Shown here piece by piece: positions 30,509 to 40,505 of a DNA stretch of 64,000 nt. Below the pieces are notes generated by a model. That model was not told the origin of the DNA and ran no database searches. It saw only the letters and a list, made by a program, of their open reading frames with translations. How positions within the stretch are numbered: position 1 is the stretch's first letter; the number at the start of each line of letters is the position of its first letter. Both the position numbers and the translations under genes were made by a program. Source of the stretch: a virus (lineage: Duplodnaviria > Caudoviricetes); IMG/VR virus record IMGVR_UViG_3300028569_001484, positions 28,166 through 92,165 of that record. The stretch is one strand, 5' to 3'.

Positions 30509-33148
30509 TTATTTATTAATAATTGACCGATTTAAATCTCCATCATTCAACAAATCTAAATTTGTAAGTTTTTGGTTTACAGTGTTACACACTCTTTCTT
30601 CAATGGTACCCGAAACAAAAACGATTTTTTGTATAGATTTGCTCTTGGCGCCATCTCGCCAAACTCTTCCCATTGACTGTCTCATATTAACAGCTGAATA
30701 TGACGGACTTATTAAAGATATTCTAGGATGTTTTCCGGTTATATCGTGGAGCGAAATTCCGGCACCTCCTGCTGCAATATTAATTAATATAACTCTTTGT
30801 TTATCAGATTGAAAATCGTCAATGTTTTTTTGCCGTTCTTTGTCTTTCACAATACCGTTTACTATACATTTAGTATTTAATCTTTCTGCTAAAGCGTTAA
30901 TACTTTCTGTAAAGTTTAAAAATACAGCGACACTCATATTGTTTTCTAAACTTTCTTCTATCATTTCTATGAATAATGGTATTTTTACCATTTCTATAGA
31001 CTGACGCATTCTCAATATTGCTGTTAGTTCAGTGCTCTTTTTATCTTTCTTGAGAAGTTTTTCAATCTTCAACAACTCAAGTTGCATTTCTTCATAAGCT
31101 GAATTGATTTTATCTTGGTCTTCTTTATCCATTTCATAACATTCAGCGATAATTTGACTTTCTGGGAAGTTAGGAATGGAATCACGATTGAGACGAACGC
31201 CTCTGTTAACAAATATGTCATTGCTTAGTTTCTTTAAAGCATCTACATTACCACGAAACTCTAATCCAAATCTACCTTTTACAACACCGTGTGCATATGC
31301 CCATTCATAATACTGTTTGTTGTTCTTGAACAGTTGAATACATTGTCCTACTGTGCGTAGTTCAAGTGGATTGGTAGCCATAGTAGCACTACAAAACAAC
31401 ATCTTGTAACCTTGTTTGAGTGCTGCCATACACATTTCACTATTTTTGGTCTTGGCATTCTTTAACTTTTGTGCTTCGTCCCAAACGATTAAAGTATTTT
31501 TGGGAACTTTCCAGACGAATTCTTTACGGTGGGTATCTCTACGTTTTACATATGATGCAAACATATTGTCTGTTTTGCCAGTACGTAAAGATTCATAGTT
31601 AGTAATACCTACACATTTACCCCACATCTTAAAGTGATTTTTAATAACCCGTTTCCAACTTTCTTTAACCGCTTTAGGACATACAATCATAATGTCCATA
31701 TTCAATTCTCTAGCTACAGCTGTAGCAGTATATGTTTTGCCTGTATTATGAGTAACTGTAAAATCACCAAGAAGAAATCTACCGTCGCCATCAAGTGAAA
31801 ATCCATAAAAATCGTCATTTGACATAGATTCGACCGTGAATCCGACAACCAATACATCTTTCTTTTGATTTCTTATGTTTGATTTTTTTCTTTGGATACG
31901 TGTTGGAATTGATTCACAATTTCCGCTTATTGAAACGTTATAATAATCTCCCACAACGCCATTGTTTGTACATTTCTTTTTGACACATTTAATATATGCG
32001 GCAAAACCTAAAGATCGTGATATAAACGCAACGTCGTTTGCAAGTTGATATGATTTACTAGTAAAATCAAAACCTCCGTTTCTATAATAACCATCAGAAT
32101 CCAATAAACCAGCAAGTATTTCTAATCTTTGATTTTTGTTACAAATTTTATATTCTGTAGGAATAAATCTATCTTCACATTTGATTGGTAATAATCCTAC
32201 ATCTCGTAAATATTTAAATAATGTAGGTGCATTTGTTATTCGTTTTGTTATTGTTTCATTGGTGTTTCCCAATAACCAATTATTTTTATGAGATTCATCA
32301 ATAATTGATTGCCAACAGATATCATCTATTGATGTGAACGTAATGATAGATTTCTGTGATAAACCACCGTCGCCTAACAATAACCCCATAAAATATGGAG
32401 AAAATGGATGATTCTTGGTCGCCCAATTATCAACTGCTACACGAAATAATTTCATATGTCGCTTCACTGACAATGGTAATTTTAGATAATCTGATACTTT
32501 GATGTCATAGATCTCATTGGAGTTATACCCACCAATTGATTTTTTAGTAGAATGTAATTTGGTTATTTTGACTGTCAAAATGTGATTAATATTGACAGTG
32601 AAGGAATCTCCTTTTGTGGGAATAATTTTCACCATCTGTTCATTTCCAGAACACAATGATGTTACTTTTTGAGGTCCATTCCACCCCATTATCACATCAT
32701 TTACCACAATATTTTCTACCAATTTTATGGTACCGTCAAACATCAATATAGTCTGTCCTTTTGCATGACATCCAACGTCACTTCCATCTACAGCCGCCCC
32801 CCACTTTTTAATAGAAGATACTATCTTACTTACCGCTCCAACTTGCCAAGGACGCAATCCATCTGGAGTTTTGACTTCGTATAATGGAAGCGTTTCATCT
32901 ACCTTTTGTTTGGGTTTTTTTGGATCTTTGAATAATGTTGGATTATCATTGGTCTGTGTAAGAACCCAGTCTTGTTCTCTTTTAACGACTCCGTACCCTT
33001 TGCTTTTCAACATCAATTTGTTTACCTTCCAATAAGCAAAGAACTGATTGAGGTAAGATGGGGTAATTACCCATTCACGTTGAAACGTTACGTCTCCGTT
33101 TTTTTCTACTTGAACTGGATCTGACCACTTGATATCCAAGTTAATCAT
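30509..33148 (-). CDS. SF2 (SNF2/HARP-like) helicase with intein
   Basis: Spliced Walker A SDVG|TGKT, WDEAQ, SAT, GGAGISL, QSMGRVWR. Confidence 0.9.
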   Translation of the reverse strand: MINLDIKWSDPVQVEKNGDVTFQREWVITPSYLNQFFAYWKVNKLMLKSKGYGVVKREQDWVLTQTNDNPTLFKDPKKPKQKVDETLPLYEVKTPDGLRPWQVGAVSKIVSSIKKWGAAVDGSDVGCHAKGQTILMFDGTIKLVENIVVNDVIMGWNGPQKVTSLCSGNEQMVKIIPTKGDSFTVNINHILTVKITKLHSTKKSIGGYNSNEIYDIKVSDYLKLPLSVKRHMKLFRVAVDNWATKNHPFSPYFMGLLLGDGGLSQKSIITFTSIDDICWQSIIDESHKNNWLLGNTNETITKRITNAPTLFKYLRDVGLLPIKCEDRFIPTEYKICNKNQRLEILAGLLDSDGYYRNGGFDFTSKSYQLANDVAFISRSLGFAAYIKCVKKKCTNNGVVGDYYNVSISGNCESIPTRIQRKKSNIRNQKKDVLVVGFTVESMSNDDFYGFSLDGDGRFLLGDFTVTHNTGKTYTATAVARELNMDIMIVCPKAVKESWKRVIKNHFKMWGKCVGITNYESLRTGKTDNMFASYVKRRDTHRKEFVWKVPKNTLIVWDEAQKLKNAKTKNSEMCMAALKQGYKMLFCSATMATNPLELRTVGQCIQLFKNNKQYYEWAYAHGVVKGRFGLEFRGNVDALKKLSNDIFVNRGVRLNRDSIPNFPESQIIAECYEMDKEDQDKINSAYEEMQLELLKIEKLLKKDKKSTELTAILRMRQSIEMVKIPLFIEMIEESLENNMSVAVFLNFTESINALAERLNTKCIVNGIVKDKERQKNIDDFQSDKQRVILINIAAGGAGISLHDITGKHPRISLISPSYSAVNMRQSMGRVWRDGAKSKSIQKIVFVSGTIEERVCNTVNQKLTNLDLLNDGDLNRSIINK
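31745..32770 (-). mobile_element. intein (342 aa) with LAGLIDADG endonuclease in the helicase P-loop
   Basis: CHAKG start, MGLLLGDG and LAGLLDSDG, ends FTVTHN/T. Confidence 0.93.
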
Positions 33149-33151
33149 AAA

Positions 33152-33451
33152 TCAATCACCCATTTCACTACGGTACTTGTTATTTCTAGCCAATTCGTGA
33201 ATGTTGGTACGCACCAGTCTACCATCTTTCTTTAATGCGCCAACTTCAAAAGAATCACTCATCAAATTGGTAAAATTTATACCCTGTGGGTCATCATAAC
33301 CATGTCCAAGTTCAGACATATCAAACATAAAGTCTTTACGACGTTTACCATTTTTCTTGATGCATAAATTTTCTAGGTAATTAACCACCTCATTTAGATC
33401 GTTAAATGTTACGACCTTATTTATTGTTGTGTCTTTGATATAGTAACTCAT
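33152..33451 (-). CDS. hypothetical protein
   Basis: Operon ORF. Confidence 0.65.
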   Translation of the reverse strand: MSYYIKDTTINKVVTFNDLNEVVNYLENLCIKKNGKRRKDFMFDMSELGHGYDDPQGINFTNLMSDSFEVGALKKDGRLVRTNIHELARNNKYRSEMGD

Positions 33452-33511
33452 ATATTTCTTATAGTTTACTATATAACTATCTAACTTTCAATACTATTTA
33501 ATATTATAATC

Positions 33512-34099
33512 TTAGTTAGAAGATATAGGTACAGGTGAGTAAATATTACGTTCTGTTTGACTGCGTATAGTTTCAAAATAATTAATCAAATTGTTGATTG
33601 TATGATCCGCAATGTCTTCAAACCAATCATTAGGTTTAAATTCTGTTGTACTTATTCCACCGTGTACTGGTTTTAAATTACCATTTTGAAATTCACCACG
33701 TAAAAAATTAATTAGATCTTTTTTAAGATTTTGTTTTTGTGAAATTACAAATATTTCACTTAATTCTTCTTTGTAACTTACTCTTACAGGAGATTGTCCT
33801 TTGCCACCACTACCTTTTTCTCCTCTACCAGCTGATCTTTGTGCAGACTTCTTTCTCTTTACCCAATTAGCAATTGCTTTTTTACCGCCACTAGATCTTA
33901 GTCTAGCCGCATATTTTTTGCCTAAACAGGCACTGTAACTACTTCCTTGTTTAGCATCACCACATTTACCCGCTTTTTTGCCTGTACTATCATATCGATC
34001 CCAACCACCCCCACTGCTACTGCCCACTGGTCCTTTACCAAACCACGCACGTAATCCACCTTTATAGGCTTCTAATAAGAATTTGTCGTATTGATTCAC
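33512..34099 (-). CDS. basic Gly/Lys-rich phage protein (GLRAWF module)
   Basis: GGLRAWF...GGWD...CG...CL; probable GTG start after ATATTTAT. Confidence 0.6.
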   Translation of the reverse strand: MNQYDKFLLEAYKGGLRAWFGKGPVGSSSGGGWDRYDSTGKKAGKCGDAKQGSSYSACLGKKYAARLRSSGGKKAIANWVKRKKSAQRSAGRGEKGSGGKGQSPVRVSYKEELSEIFVISQKQNLKKDLINFLRGEFQNGNLKPVHGGISTTEFKPNDWFEDIADHTINNLINYFETIRSQTERNIYSPVPISSN

Positions 34100-34110
34100 A
34101 ACAATAAATA

Positions 34111-34287
34111 TCAATTAGATTCGTTATTTTTATTAAAAATGTTGCCTAAGTTTGTGAAGAATTTTTCTATTTTAGATTTATTGACCTTTTTCTTTTTGGT
34201 TTCGGATAGGTAAAATTTGATTTCCGCTTCATCCAAAACCACTTCGTTTCCATTGATATTGACGGTGATGCTTTTGTTCTTTTTCAT
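34111..34287 (-). CDS. small hypothetical protein
   Basis: MKKNKSITVNINGNEVVLDEAEIKFY..., 58 aa, read manually. Confidence 0.5.
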   Translation of the reverse strand: MKKNKSITVNINGNEVVLDEAEIKFYLSETKKKKVNKSKIEKFFTNLGNIFNKNNESN

Positions 34288-34358
34288 ACAGGCGCAAAAA
34301 AAATATATAATCGGTTAAGATTATATATTTGTGTATTTTAAAATTAGTTAATATTTGT

Positions 34359-35003
34359 TTAAACACCCATCAAAAAGTGTTCCCAATCTTTGTGTTTTGC
34401 TTCTTTAATCAAAGCTGACACTGGAATTGGTTGTGGAATACTAGGTTGTTTGATCAACTTCAAACCAGCTTCTGTATTCAACCTATTACCTTTTTTAGAA
34501 TTGATATCCCGTGAACACAGTACCAGATTGGTCCAACTGTCTTCTCCACCTTTACTGCGAGGTAGAATATGGTCTACAGTAGCTGAGTGACGATCAATCT
34601 TCTTGCCTGTGTACTGACAGATACCATTATCACGATTATAAATCGCATCCTTGCTAGGTTTTCCTTTAAATGACTTCACAGGCATTTTGCTGAAATTAAC
34701 AGCAATGATAACGGTTGGTACACGTACAGACATATGAGCTGAATTGATTACCAAATCCCAGGGACGAATAGGTAGTTTCAACCATTCGGTCCAACTTACG
34801 GGATTCATATTCTTGGGAGCATAAAGATTTGGCTCTCCGTTCTCAAGCAGTTCGTAGTCAATGTCCAACGCCAAACTAGAAGGCTTACCATCAACTTCAG
34901 CACCACAAAGATCAATAATTGCATCTTTTACGGTTTTGAAACCAATTGGTTGCCAGTTCGAATTTAGGTTCAAACAGATCAATTTATTAGCTATTGTATT
35001 CAT
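34359..35003 (-). CDS. HNH endonuclease (McrA-like)
   Basis: LNLNSNWQP, RDNGICQYTG, TVDHILPRSKGG..W.NLVLC...N..KG. Confidence 0.88.
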   Translation of the reverse strand: MNTIANKLICLNLNSNWQPIGFKTVKDAIIDLCGAEVDGKPSSLALDIDYELLENGEPNLYAPKNMNPVSWTEWLKLPIRPWDLVINSAHMSVRVPTVIIAVNFSKMPVKSFKGKPSKDAIYNRDNGICQYTGKKIDRHSATVDHILPRSKGGEDSWTNLVLCSRDINSKKGNRLNTEAGLKLIKQPSIPQPIPVSALIKEAKHKDWEHFLMGV

Positions 35004-35016
35004 AACTATACTATAA

Positions 35017-35334
35017 CTATACACCTCTTTTTATAAAAGTCAACACATTTTCTTCGGGTTCTAAACTTTCGTCAAGTCTATCAATTGCCATTTGTAAACT
35101 GCTAATTTCAAACCATTCATTTTTTTTACTTCTGGCAAAATGCTTCATTTGTTCGTGTATATCTTTTTCCGCACTATAACAGTCTGGGTGTTCTATATAA
35201 TACTCTATTTTGTAATTTCTTAATGGACTGCTTGTTTGATATGTACGCAGTCTGGATTTAATGTCTTCAGTTACTCCTATTTTTATCCAACCTGGGAATG
35301 ATTTGTTTGTTATTATATATATGTATCCTCGCAT
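35017..35334 (-). CDS. T5orf172/GIY-YIG-like protein
   Basis: GYIYII, WIKIG.T, RL..YQTSSP, AE..IH, EWF. Confidence 0.8.
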   Translation of the reverse strand: MRGYIYIITNKSFPGWIKIGVTEDIKSRLRTYQTSSPLRNYKIEYYIEHPDCYSAEKDIHEQMKHFARSKKNEWFEISSLQMAIDRLDESLEPEENVLTFIKRGV

Positions 35335-35351
35335 ATAAATATATATGTATA

Positions 35352-35383
35352 TTGTAATATTTTTGTAATATTTTTGTAATATT
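35352..35383 (+). repeat. direct repeat TTGTAATATT x3 (putative operator, cassette 4)
   Basis: 11-bp period, ends in TATTTAT before the leader ATG 35391. Confidence 0.65.
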
Positions 35384-35390
35384 TATTTTT

Positions 35391-35552
35391 ATGGGGAGAA
35401 AAAAAATATATGAAAATGAAACCAATGTCGAAAAACTTAAACGGTATAGACGGTATCGAATGCAATCTTATTGGAGAAACATCGACAAAGAAAGATTTAA
35501 AGCACGTGAGAGATATAAAAACATCAGTCGGAATTTACAAGATAATAAATAA
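35391..35552 (+). CDS. MGRKK basic leader micro-protein (cassette 4)
   Basis: MGRKKIYENETNVEKLKRYRRYRMQSYWRNIDKERFKARERYKNISRNLQDNK. Confidence 0.72.
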   Translation: MGRKKIYENETNVEKLKRYRRYRMQSYWRNIDKERFKARERYKNISRNLQDNK

Positions 35553-36186
35553 GATTAATGGAAAATATTATGTGGGTAGTTCAAAAAACATTGATGGCAA
35601 TTTTGGAAGATGGTATAAACATAAATATTATTTGAATAAAAACAAACATCCTAATAGTCATTTACAAAATGCGTGGAATGCGTACGGTGAAAATAATTTT
35701 GAATGGACTATAGTAGATTTTTGTGAAGAATCTGATTTACTGAAAATAGAACAAAAATATTTAGACGATGTTAAATTAAATAGAAATTTATGTTATAACA
35801 AAACATTTTTGGCCAGCAGAGTAGAGTGGACCGATGAAATGAAACAAAAAATTTCAAAACTTCATAAAGGCAAACAATTAAGTGAAAATCATAAACAAAT
35901 ATTAAAAAATAAAAGATTGAAAATGATAGGTAAAAATGCGCCTAACTATGGAAATAGACATTCAGATGAAACAAAGAATATATATAGTAAACAAAGAAAA
36001 GGATTTAAAAACCCATCTTATGATGAAACAGTATATATTTTAGAAAATCAAGTTACAAAAAATATTATAAAAGATACTATGTATAATTTGAGACAAAAAT
36101 ATAATCTAAACAGAAAATGTTTATCACAATTAATAAATGGACATATAAAATCATATCGCGGGTTTATATGTTTAAATTTAAAATAA
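35410..36186 (+). CDS. GIY-YIG homing endonuclease with NUMOD3
   Basis: GIYKIINKINGKYYVGSS, R, HLQNAW, EQ.YLD, YN; APNYGNRHSDETK. Confidence 0.9.
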   Translation: MKMKPMSKNLNGIDGIECNLIGETSTKKDLKHVRDIKTSVGIYKIINKINGKYYVGSSKNIDGNFGRWYKHKYYLNKNKHPNSHLQNAWNAYGENNFEWTIVDFCEESDLLKIEQKYLDDVKLNRNLCYNKTFLASRVEWTDEMKQKISKLHKGKQLSENHKQILKNKRLKMIGKNAPNYGNRHSDETKNIYSKQRKGFKNPSYDETVYILENQVTKNIIKDTMYNLRQKYNLNRKCLSQLINGHIKSYRGFICLNLK

Positions 36187-36209
36187 TATATACGTATCCT
36201 TCTTTATTT

Positions 36210-36809
36210 CTAGACGATTTCATCAGCTAATCCGTACTTGATTGCGTCTTCTGCGTTTAAATAAATATCACGTTTTAACAATGTATTTAATTCGTCTTCA
36301 GTGAACTTTGTGTGTTTTAGATATATGTCTTTGACAATTTTCATTATCAAGTCCATATTTTGCTTTTCATCGTTAAAGTCTTCGTATGTACCTTCAAACC
36401 AACTTCTTACTTGATGAATCAATAAGATAGTGTTTTTACGTATATAACGTTTGTGACAACTTACACTGATTAGTGTGCTAGCACTTGCTACCAATCCTTC
36501 TGCGTATGAATGTACAGGTACTTTGGATGCTTGAATTCTATCTACTATACTCAATGCACCGAATACTTCTCCACCATCACTATTGATGTGTAATTTGATG
36601 TGGGGAGTTTCTTGTAGATCAAATGTAATTTGTGCTATTAGTAGTTGTCTAGCTAGATCACTTAGAGTTTTATTTACTATTAGTGCCGATTCTGTATTTA
36701 CATCGTTGTAAAAGTATAACTCGTTGTTGTCAATGACAGAGACGAATTTTTGTTTATCTTGAGATACATCGGATATATCATCATTATTGAGCATTAGTTT
36801 TTTGGTCAT
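36210..36809 (-). CDS. clpP: ClpP-like protease
   Basis: INSDGG, ASAS nucleophile, LIHQ, RDIYL.AEDAIKYGLAD. Confidence 0.85.
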   Translation of the reverse strand: MTKKLMLNNDDISDVSQDKQKFVSVIDNNELYFYNDVNTESALIVNKTLSDLARQLLIAQITFDLQETPHIKLHINSDGGEVFGALSIVDRIQASKVPVHSYAEGLVASASTLISVSCHKRYIRKNTILLIHQVRSWFEGTYEDFNDEKQNMDLIMKIVKDIYLKHTKFTEDELNTLLKRDIYLNAEDAIKYGLADEIV

Positions 36810-37257
36810 ATGTTTTTAGTATTGTTCGTAACTCTTCGTCATCAACGAAGTTAAAATCATTTTTGTTTCTGGCTAAATCTTTGTGTAGTACTTGTACAAA
36901 TCCATTGTGGTTATAACCAACATCCATAGTGGTGCCTGTTTGTTCACAAATATAACCTGATATAAATGTTGTATATTCAATTATTGATTCGGTGTGTTGA
37001 TTTCCACCCTCATAATAAAATCTTAATGTGCCAAACTTTTGTTTTATTTGTTTAGCAACAATTTGTTTTACTGGCAGATAATGTTGTGGGTTTGATTTTG
37101 CCATTTCATTTTGTTGAGTGATATACATTTCGAGATATCGACTCAACCACAACAAAAGTCTAAACCAACCATTATCACAATCGAATGACAAATTATCCGG
37201 ATACATTTCTGGGAACTTTTTCTTTAAATAACGTTGTAACTCAATTTTCATTTTCAA
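36784..37257 (-). CDS. conserved phage hypothetical protein
   Basis: CDNGW...QIKQKFGTLRFY...ICEQTG. Confidence 0.7.
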   Translation of the reverse strand: MKMKIELQRYLKKKFPEMYPDNLSFDCDNGWFRLLLWLSRYLEMYITQQNEMAKSNPQHYLPVKQIVAKQIKQKFGTLRFYYEGGNQHTESIIEYTTFISGYICEQTGTTMDVGYNHNGFVQVLHKDLARNKNDFNFVDDEELRTILKTYDQKTNAQ

Positions 37258-37358
37258 TACATAGTTTGTTAATTATACTTTTTAGCTGTCAAAATTTTTA
37301 TATTTGTGTGCTGACTATATTTTAATATCCTTTGAATACACTGATATATTTATTAATA

Positions 37359-37556
37359 ATGTTCAGTAGTACTAAAAAGAGCGGATATGTAAATGGTATA
37401 AAATTTGAAATAAAAGATGCCAGCACTATCCGTATCTGGAAACCTTCTGAGATTGCTTTTTATGATTTTAAAAATCGTTGTGATCTGACAGTTAAGTATT
37501 TAATTGACGAAGGATTCTTTAATAAGACTAAATGTAAAGTTGAAGTAGTTACTTAG
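37359..37556 (+). CDS. hypothetical protein
   Basis: ATG after TATTTATT motif; VKYLIDEGF. Confidence 0.6.
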   Translation: MFSSTKKSGYVNGIKFEIKDASTIRIWKPSEIAFYDFKNRCDLTVKYLIDEGFFNKTKCKVEVVT

Positions 37557-37559
37557 GTT

Positions 37560-38579
37560 ATGTCTAAAAATGTTATATTATTTTTAACCAGTCCCAATTC
37601 AGTTAATAGATCAAAAATGTGTTTGAAGAATTTCAAACAACTTTTAAATTTGGGTTATGATATAATAACACTATCTACAACTGATTTTTTACCTTCTTAT
37701 ATTGTGGAAAAGTCAAAACATCTGATTTATGACTATACTAGTCACAAATGTGATAAGAAGTTTTATTATAATTACTATAAAGCATCAGGTGGTGGTTATT
37801 TTATGTATGATATAAATTCACATCATAAAGTAATGTTTTACCACGATACACATTTTCCATCTTTACTTCGTAATTATCGTTCATTGATAAGTTATGCTAA
37901 TTGTCTTGGGTATGATAATTATTTTTATATTGAAGACGATCATTATATTCATAACCACGATTTACAAAATGTAAGAAAATATTTTGAAAAATTAAGTGAA
38001 TACGATCTAATTACTTTTTGTTTTCAAAGATTATTAACAAGCAACGAACAAGTATATTCAACATATTTTAATTTTGGCAAAGTTAACACAATGTTCGATA
38101 TTGTAAAAAATGCCGCTTATACTGAATACGAATATAAGAATAGTGACGTAGATACTTATGGTCAATTTTTTGAAACAGTTTTTACCAAGTTAGTTAAAAA
38201 ATACAAATCGTCGGAATGTAATATATTAGAAGAAACTAGACACTTATCTGAAATTTTTAAGTATTCAGATTTAAATCAAGTATATTCTTATAGAAGTTTA
38301 ATTGACGATGCTAGGTGTAATTTTATTTATGATATAATCAATAATAAACCCGTTTTTTATTATTCAAGTGTTTTATTGTCAGAACCTGTACGTCTGAAGA
38401 TTTATGTAGGAAATATCTGTCACGAAGACACGATAGTTTATCCTGGATGCTGGTACTATTCGTATGTAGATTCAAATTTAATTGAAAATACAAAGATTGT
38501 AATAAATGACACATTGGTCAAAACTTTTGACGCATCACAAAATGCTATTTACAACGGAGAACTCTTTTTTAACTTTTAA
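37560..38579 (+). CDS. hypothetical protein (possible GT-A fold)
   Basis: 339 aa, YFYIEDD motif. Confidence 0.55.
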   Translation: MSKNVILFLTSPNSVNRSKMCLKNFKQLLNLGYDIITLSTTDFLPSYIVEKSKHLIYDYTSHKCDKKFYYNYYKASGGGYFMYDINSHHKVMFYHDTHFPSLLRNYRSLISYANCLGYDNYFYIEDDHYIHNHDLQNVRKYFEKLSEYDLITFCFQRLLTSNEQVYSTYFNFGKVNTMFDIVKNAAYTEYEYKNSDVDTYGQFFETVFTKLVKKYKSSECNILEETRHLSEIFKYSDLNQVYSYRSLIDDARCNFIYDIINNKPVFYYSSVLLSEPVRLKIYVGNICHEDTIVYPGCWYYSYVDSNLIENTKIVINDTLVKTFDASQNAIYNGELFFNF

Positions 38580-38870
38580 TATATCTTTATAAACTATTTG
38601 ATCACAATTGTAAGTTTTGTTTACGTTAAACAACATTATTTCTTTATAATTGAATATTTCAAGATAAGTTAATATTACAGTCAAGTTATTTAAGCACGAT
38701 GTCATATCTTTGAAATAAAATATGTTTTCAATTTTACTATATATTGATTTGTTTGGGTTACTTATATCGGTTATAACAAATTGTTTGACATCATAAGTTA
38801 GTTTTTTTTGAATATCTTCTATGTAATTTTCTTCGTTGTCATTAAAGACGAAATATATAACTGCTTTCAT
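38535..38870 (-). CDS. hypothetical protein
   Basis: 111 aa ORF after TATTTATA on the minus strand. Confidence 0.5.
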   Translation of the reverse strand: MKAVIYFVFNDNEENYIEDIQKKLTYDVKQFVITDISNPNKSIYSKIENIFYFKDMTSCLNNLTVILTYLEIFNYKEIMLFNVNKTYNCDQIVYKDILKVKKEFSVVNSIL

Positions 38871-38937
38871 TAATTATAAATAATCGATTTATTTTTGTTT
38901 TGGTTATTTTATTATGAATATGATATTTATATCTATT

Positions 38938-39297
38938 ATGATAGTAACCAATCTTTTGACATTACACAACCAGTTAAAAATACATCACTGGCAAACTAAA
39001 AGTTATGCCGAACACCAAGTTCTTGGTCGTGCATATGACGAATTCTCAGGTTTGATCGATGAGTTTGTTGAAGTATTTATGGGTAAATACGGAAGAATTG
39101 AAAGTAGTAACGGATTTAAAATAGAATTAGAAAACTACAAAGATATATCTCCGACAGATTTTGCGGATAAATACGTTGACTATTTGGTAAACGAATTGCC
39201 AAAGTCTCTAGAAAAGTCTGATACTGATTTATTTAATATCAGAGATGAAATGTTAGCTCAGTTAAACAAACTAAAATATTTGTTAACACTATCATAA
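38938..39297 (+). CDS. ferritin/Dps-like four-helix protein
   Basis: HHWQT.SYAEH..L...YD....LIDEFVE; RDEM...NKLKYLLTL. Confidence 0.75.
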   Translation: MIVTNLLTLHNQLKIHHWQTKSYAEHQVLGRAYDEFSGLIDEFVEVFMGKYGRIESSNGFKIELENYKDISPTDFADKYVDYLVNELPKSLEKSDTDLFNIRDEMLAQLNKLKYLLTLS

Positions 39298-39298
39298 T

Positions 39299-39751
39299 AT
39301 GCCATACGAATATCACGCTAAGGTTACAAATGTTGTAGATGGTGACACAATTGTTGTTGACATTGACTTGGGGTTCAATGTAGTACTAGCTAATCAAAGT
39401 GTAAGATTATTGGGGGTTGATACCCCAGAAAGTCGTACCAGTGATAAAATTGAAAAGGTATTTGGATTAGCAAGCAAAGAATATGCTAAAGAATTTGTTG
39501 AGAATTGTAAAAAACAAATAATTTTACGCACTCACAAAAGCGATGATAGTGAAAAGTTTGGCAGACTGTTGGGTGAAATTATCAATCCTGAATCTAAAGA
39601 AGTGTTGAATAACACTCTCATTGAAGAGGGTTTTGCTGTAAAATATCTTGGGGAAAACAAAGACAACGTAAAGAATCTTCATTTACAAAACCGCAAGCGT
39701 TTGATCGACTCGGGTAAAATAAAGATGTCTTATAAAGAAGCAGGACTCTAA
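39299..39751 (+). CDS. thermonuclease (SNase-like)
   Basis: VVDGDT, VRLLGVDTPE, KFGRLL. Confidence 0.9.
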   Translation: MPYEYHAKVTNVVDGDTIVVDIDLGFNVVLANQSVRLLGVDTPESRTSDKIEKVFGLASKEYAKEFVENCKKQIILRTHKSDDSEKFGRLLGEIINPESKEVLNNTLIEEGFAVKYLGENKDNVKNLHLQNRKRLIDSGKIKMSYKEAGL

Positions 39752-39752
39752 T

Positions 39753-40121
39753 ATGGATAAATTGAGTAAATACACAATTCTTAAATTCATCAAATTTGTC
39801 AGCGATGAATTGACTTTAAATCGACCATTCAAAGTCAAGTTGGTAAAACAACGAGATGATGATTTGCGAACATATGCTTATTACAATCAAACAAATGGCG
39901 ATGTTAAGGTTTATTGCAAAGATAGAGGTTTAGCCGATGTTTTACGTAGTATAGCGCACGAACTAATTCACCACCAACAAAATGAGACTGGTAAGTTGGA
40001 TGAACCTACCCAAGACATAGGTGGCGAAATTGAAGATGAAGCAAACAGTGTAGCTGGTCAATTGGTAAAAAAGTTTGGATATCAAAATCCAAAATTGGCT
40101 ATCTACAATAAGAATCTATGA
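39753..40121 (+). CDS. HExxH zinc metallopeptidase-like protein
   Basis: SIAHELIH...IEDEAN. Confidence 0.7.
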   Translation: MDKLSKYTILKFIKFVSDELTLNRPFKVKLVKQRDDDLRTYAYYNQTNGDVKVYCKDRGLADVLRSIAHELIHHQQNETGKLDEPTQDIGGEIEDEANSVAGQLVKKFGYQNPKLAIYNKNL

Positions 40122-40502
40122 CTCCATAACAGAGTCAAAGAAACTAATATTGGCTCTGTCTGTTTTGTATACCTTTATATCGTCATCTTCCAAGTTGAAG
40201 TATTTACGAGATCTTTTGTACATTTTTGTTGCTATACCTTTACGTCTATAAAGACGTTTGATATAAACCATAAACTCAAAGTATCCATTAACTCCCATTT
40301 TTTTCTTTAGTCGTATAATGGACCACCCTACAATCTTACCATTGTCCTTGGCTAAAAATACTCTATTTGGTATTTTTTTATCTGGGGTACAACATTCAAC
40401 ATACACCGAATAAATCGATCCAGAAGATACCAGTTTTCCACAACTCTTTTCTTCAAAGAGAGTTAAGTCCTTGGCTTCTTTAGAATAAATTCTAACGGGC
40501 AC
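40116..40502 (-). CDS. GNAT acetyltransferase
   Basis: KIVGW, YRRKGIAT motif A. Confidence 0.75.
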   Translation of the reverse strand: MPVRIYSKEAKDLTLFEEKSCGKLVSSGSIYSVYVECCTPDKKIPNRVFLAKDNGKIVGWSIIRLKKKMGVNGYFEFMVYIKRLYRRKGIATKMYKRSRKYFNLEDDDIKVYKTDRANISFFDSVMES

Positions 40503-40505
40503 ATA

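Noticed and set aside
31745-32770. Helicase intein as a novelty
   Set aside because: LAGLIDADG inteins in helicase P-loops are well known; listed as a feature only.
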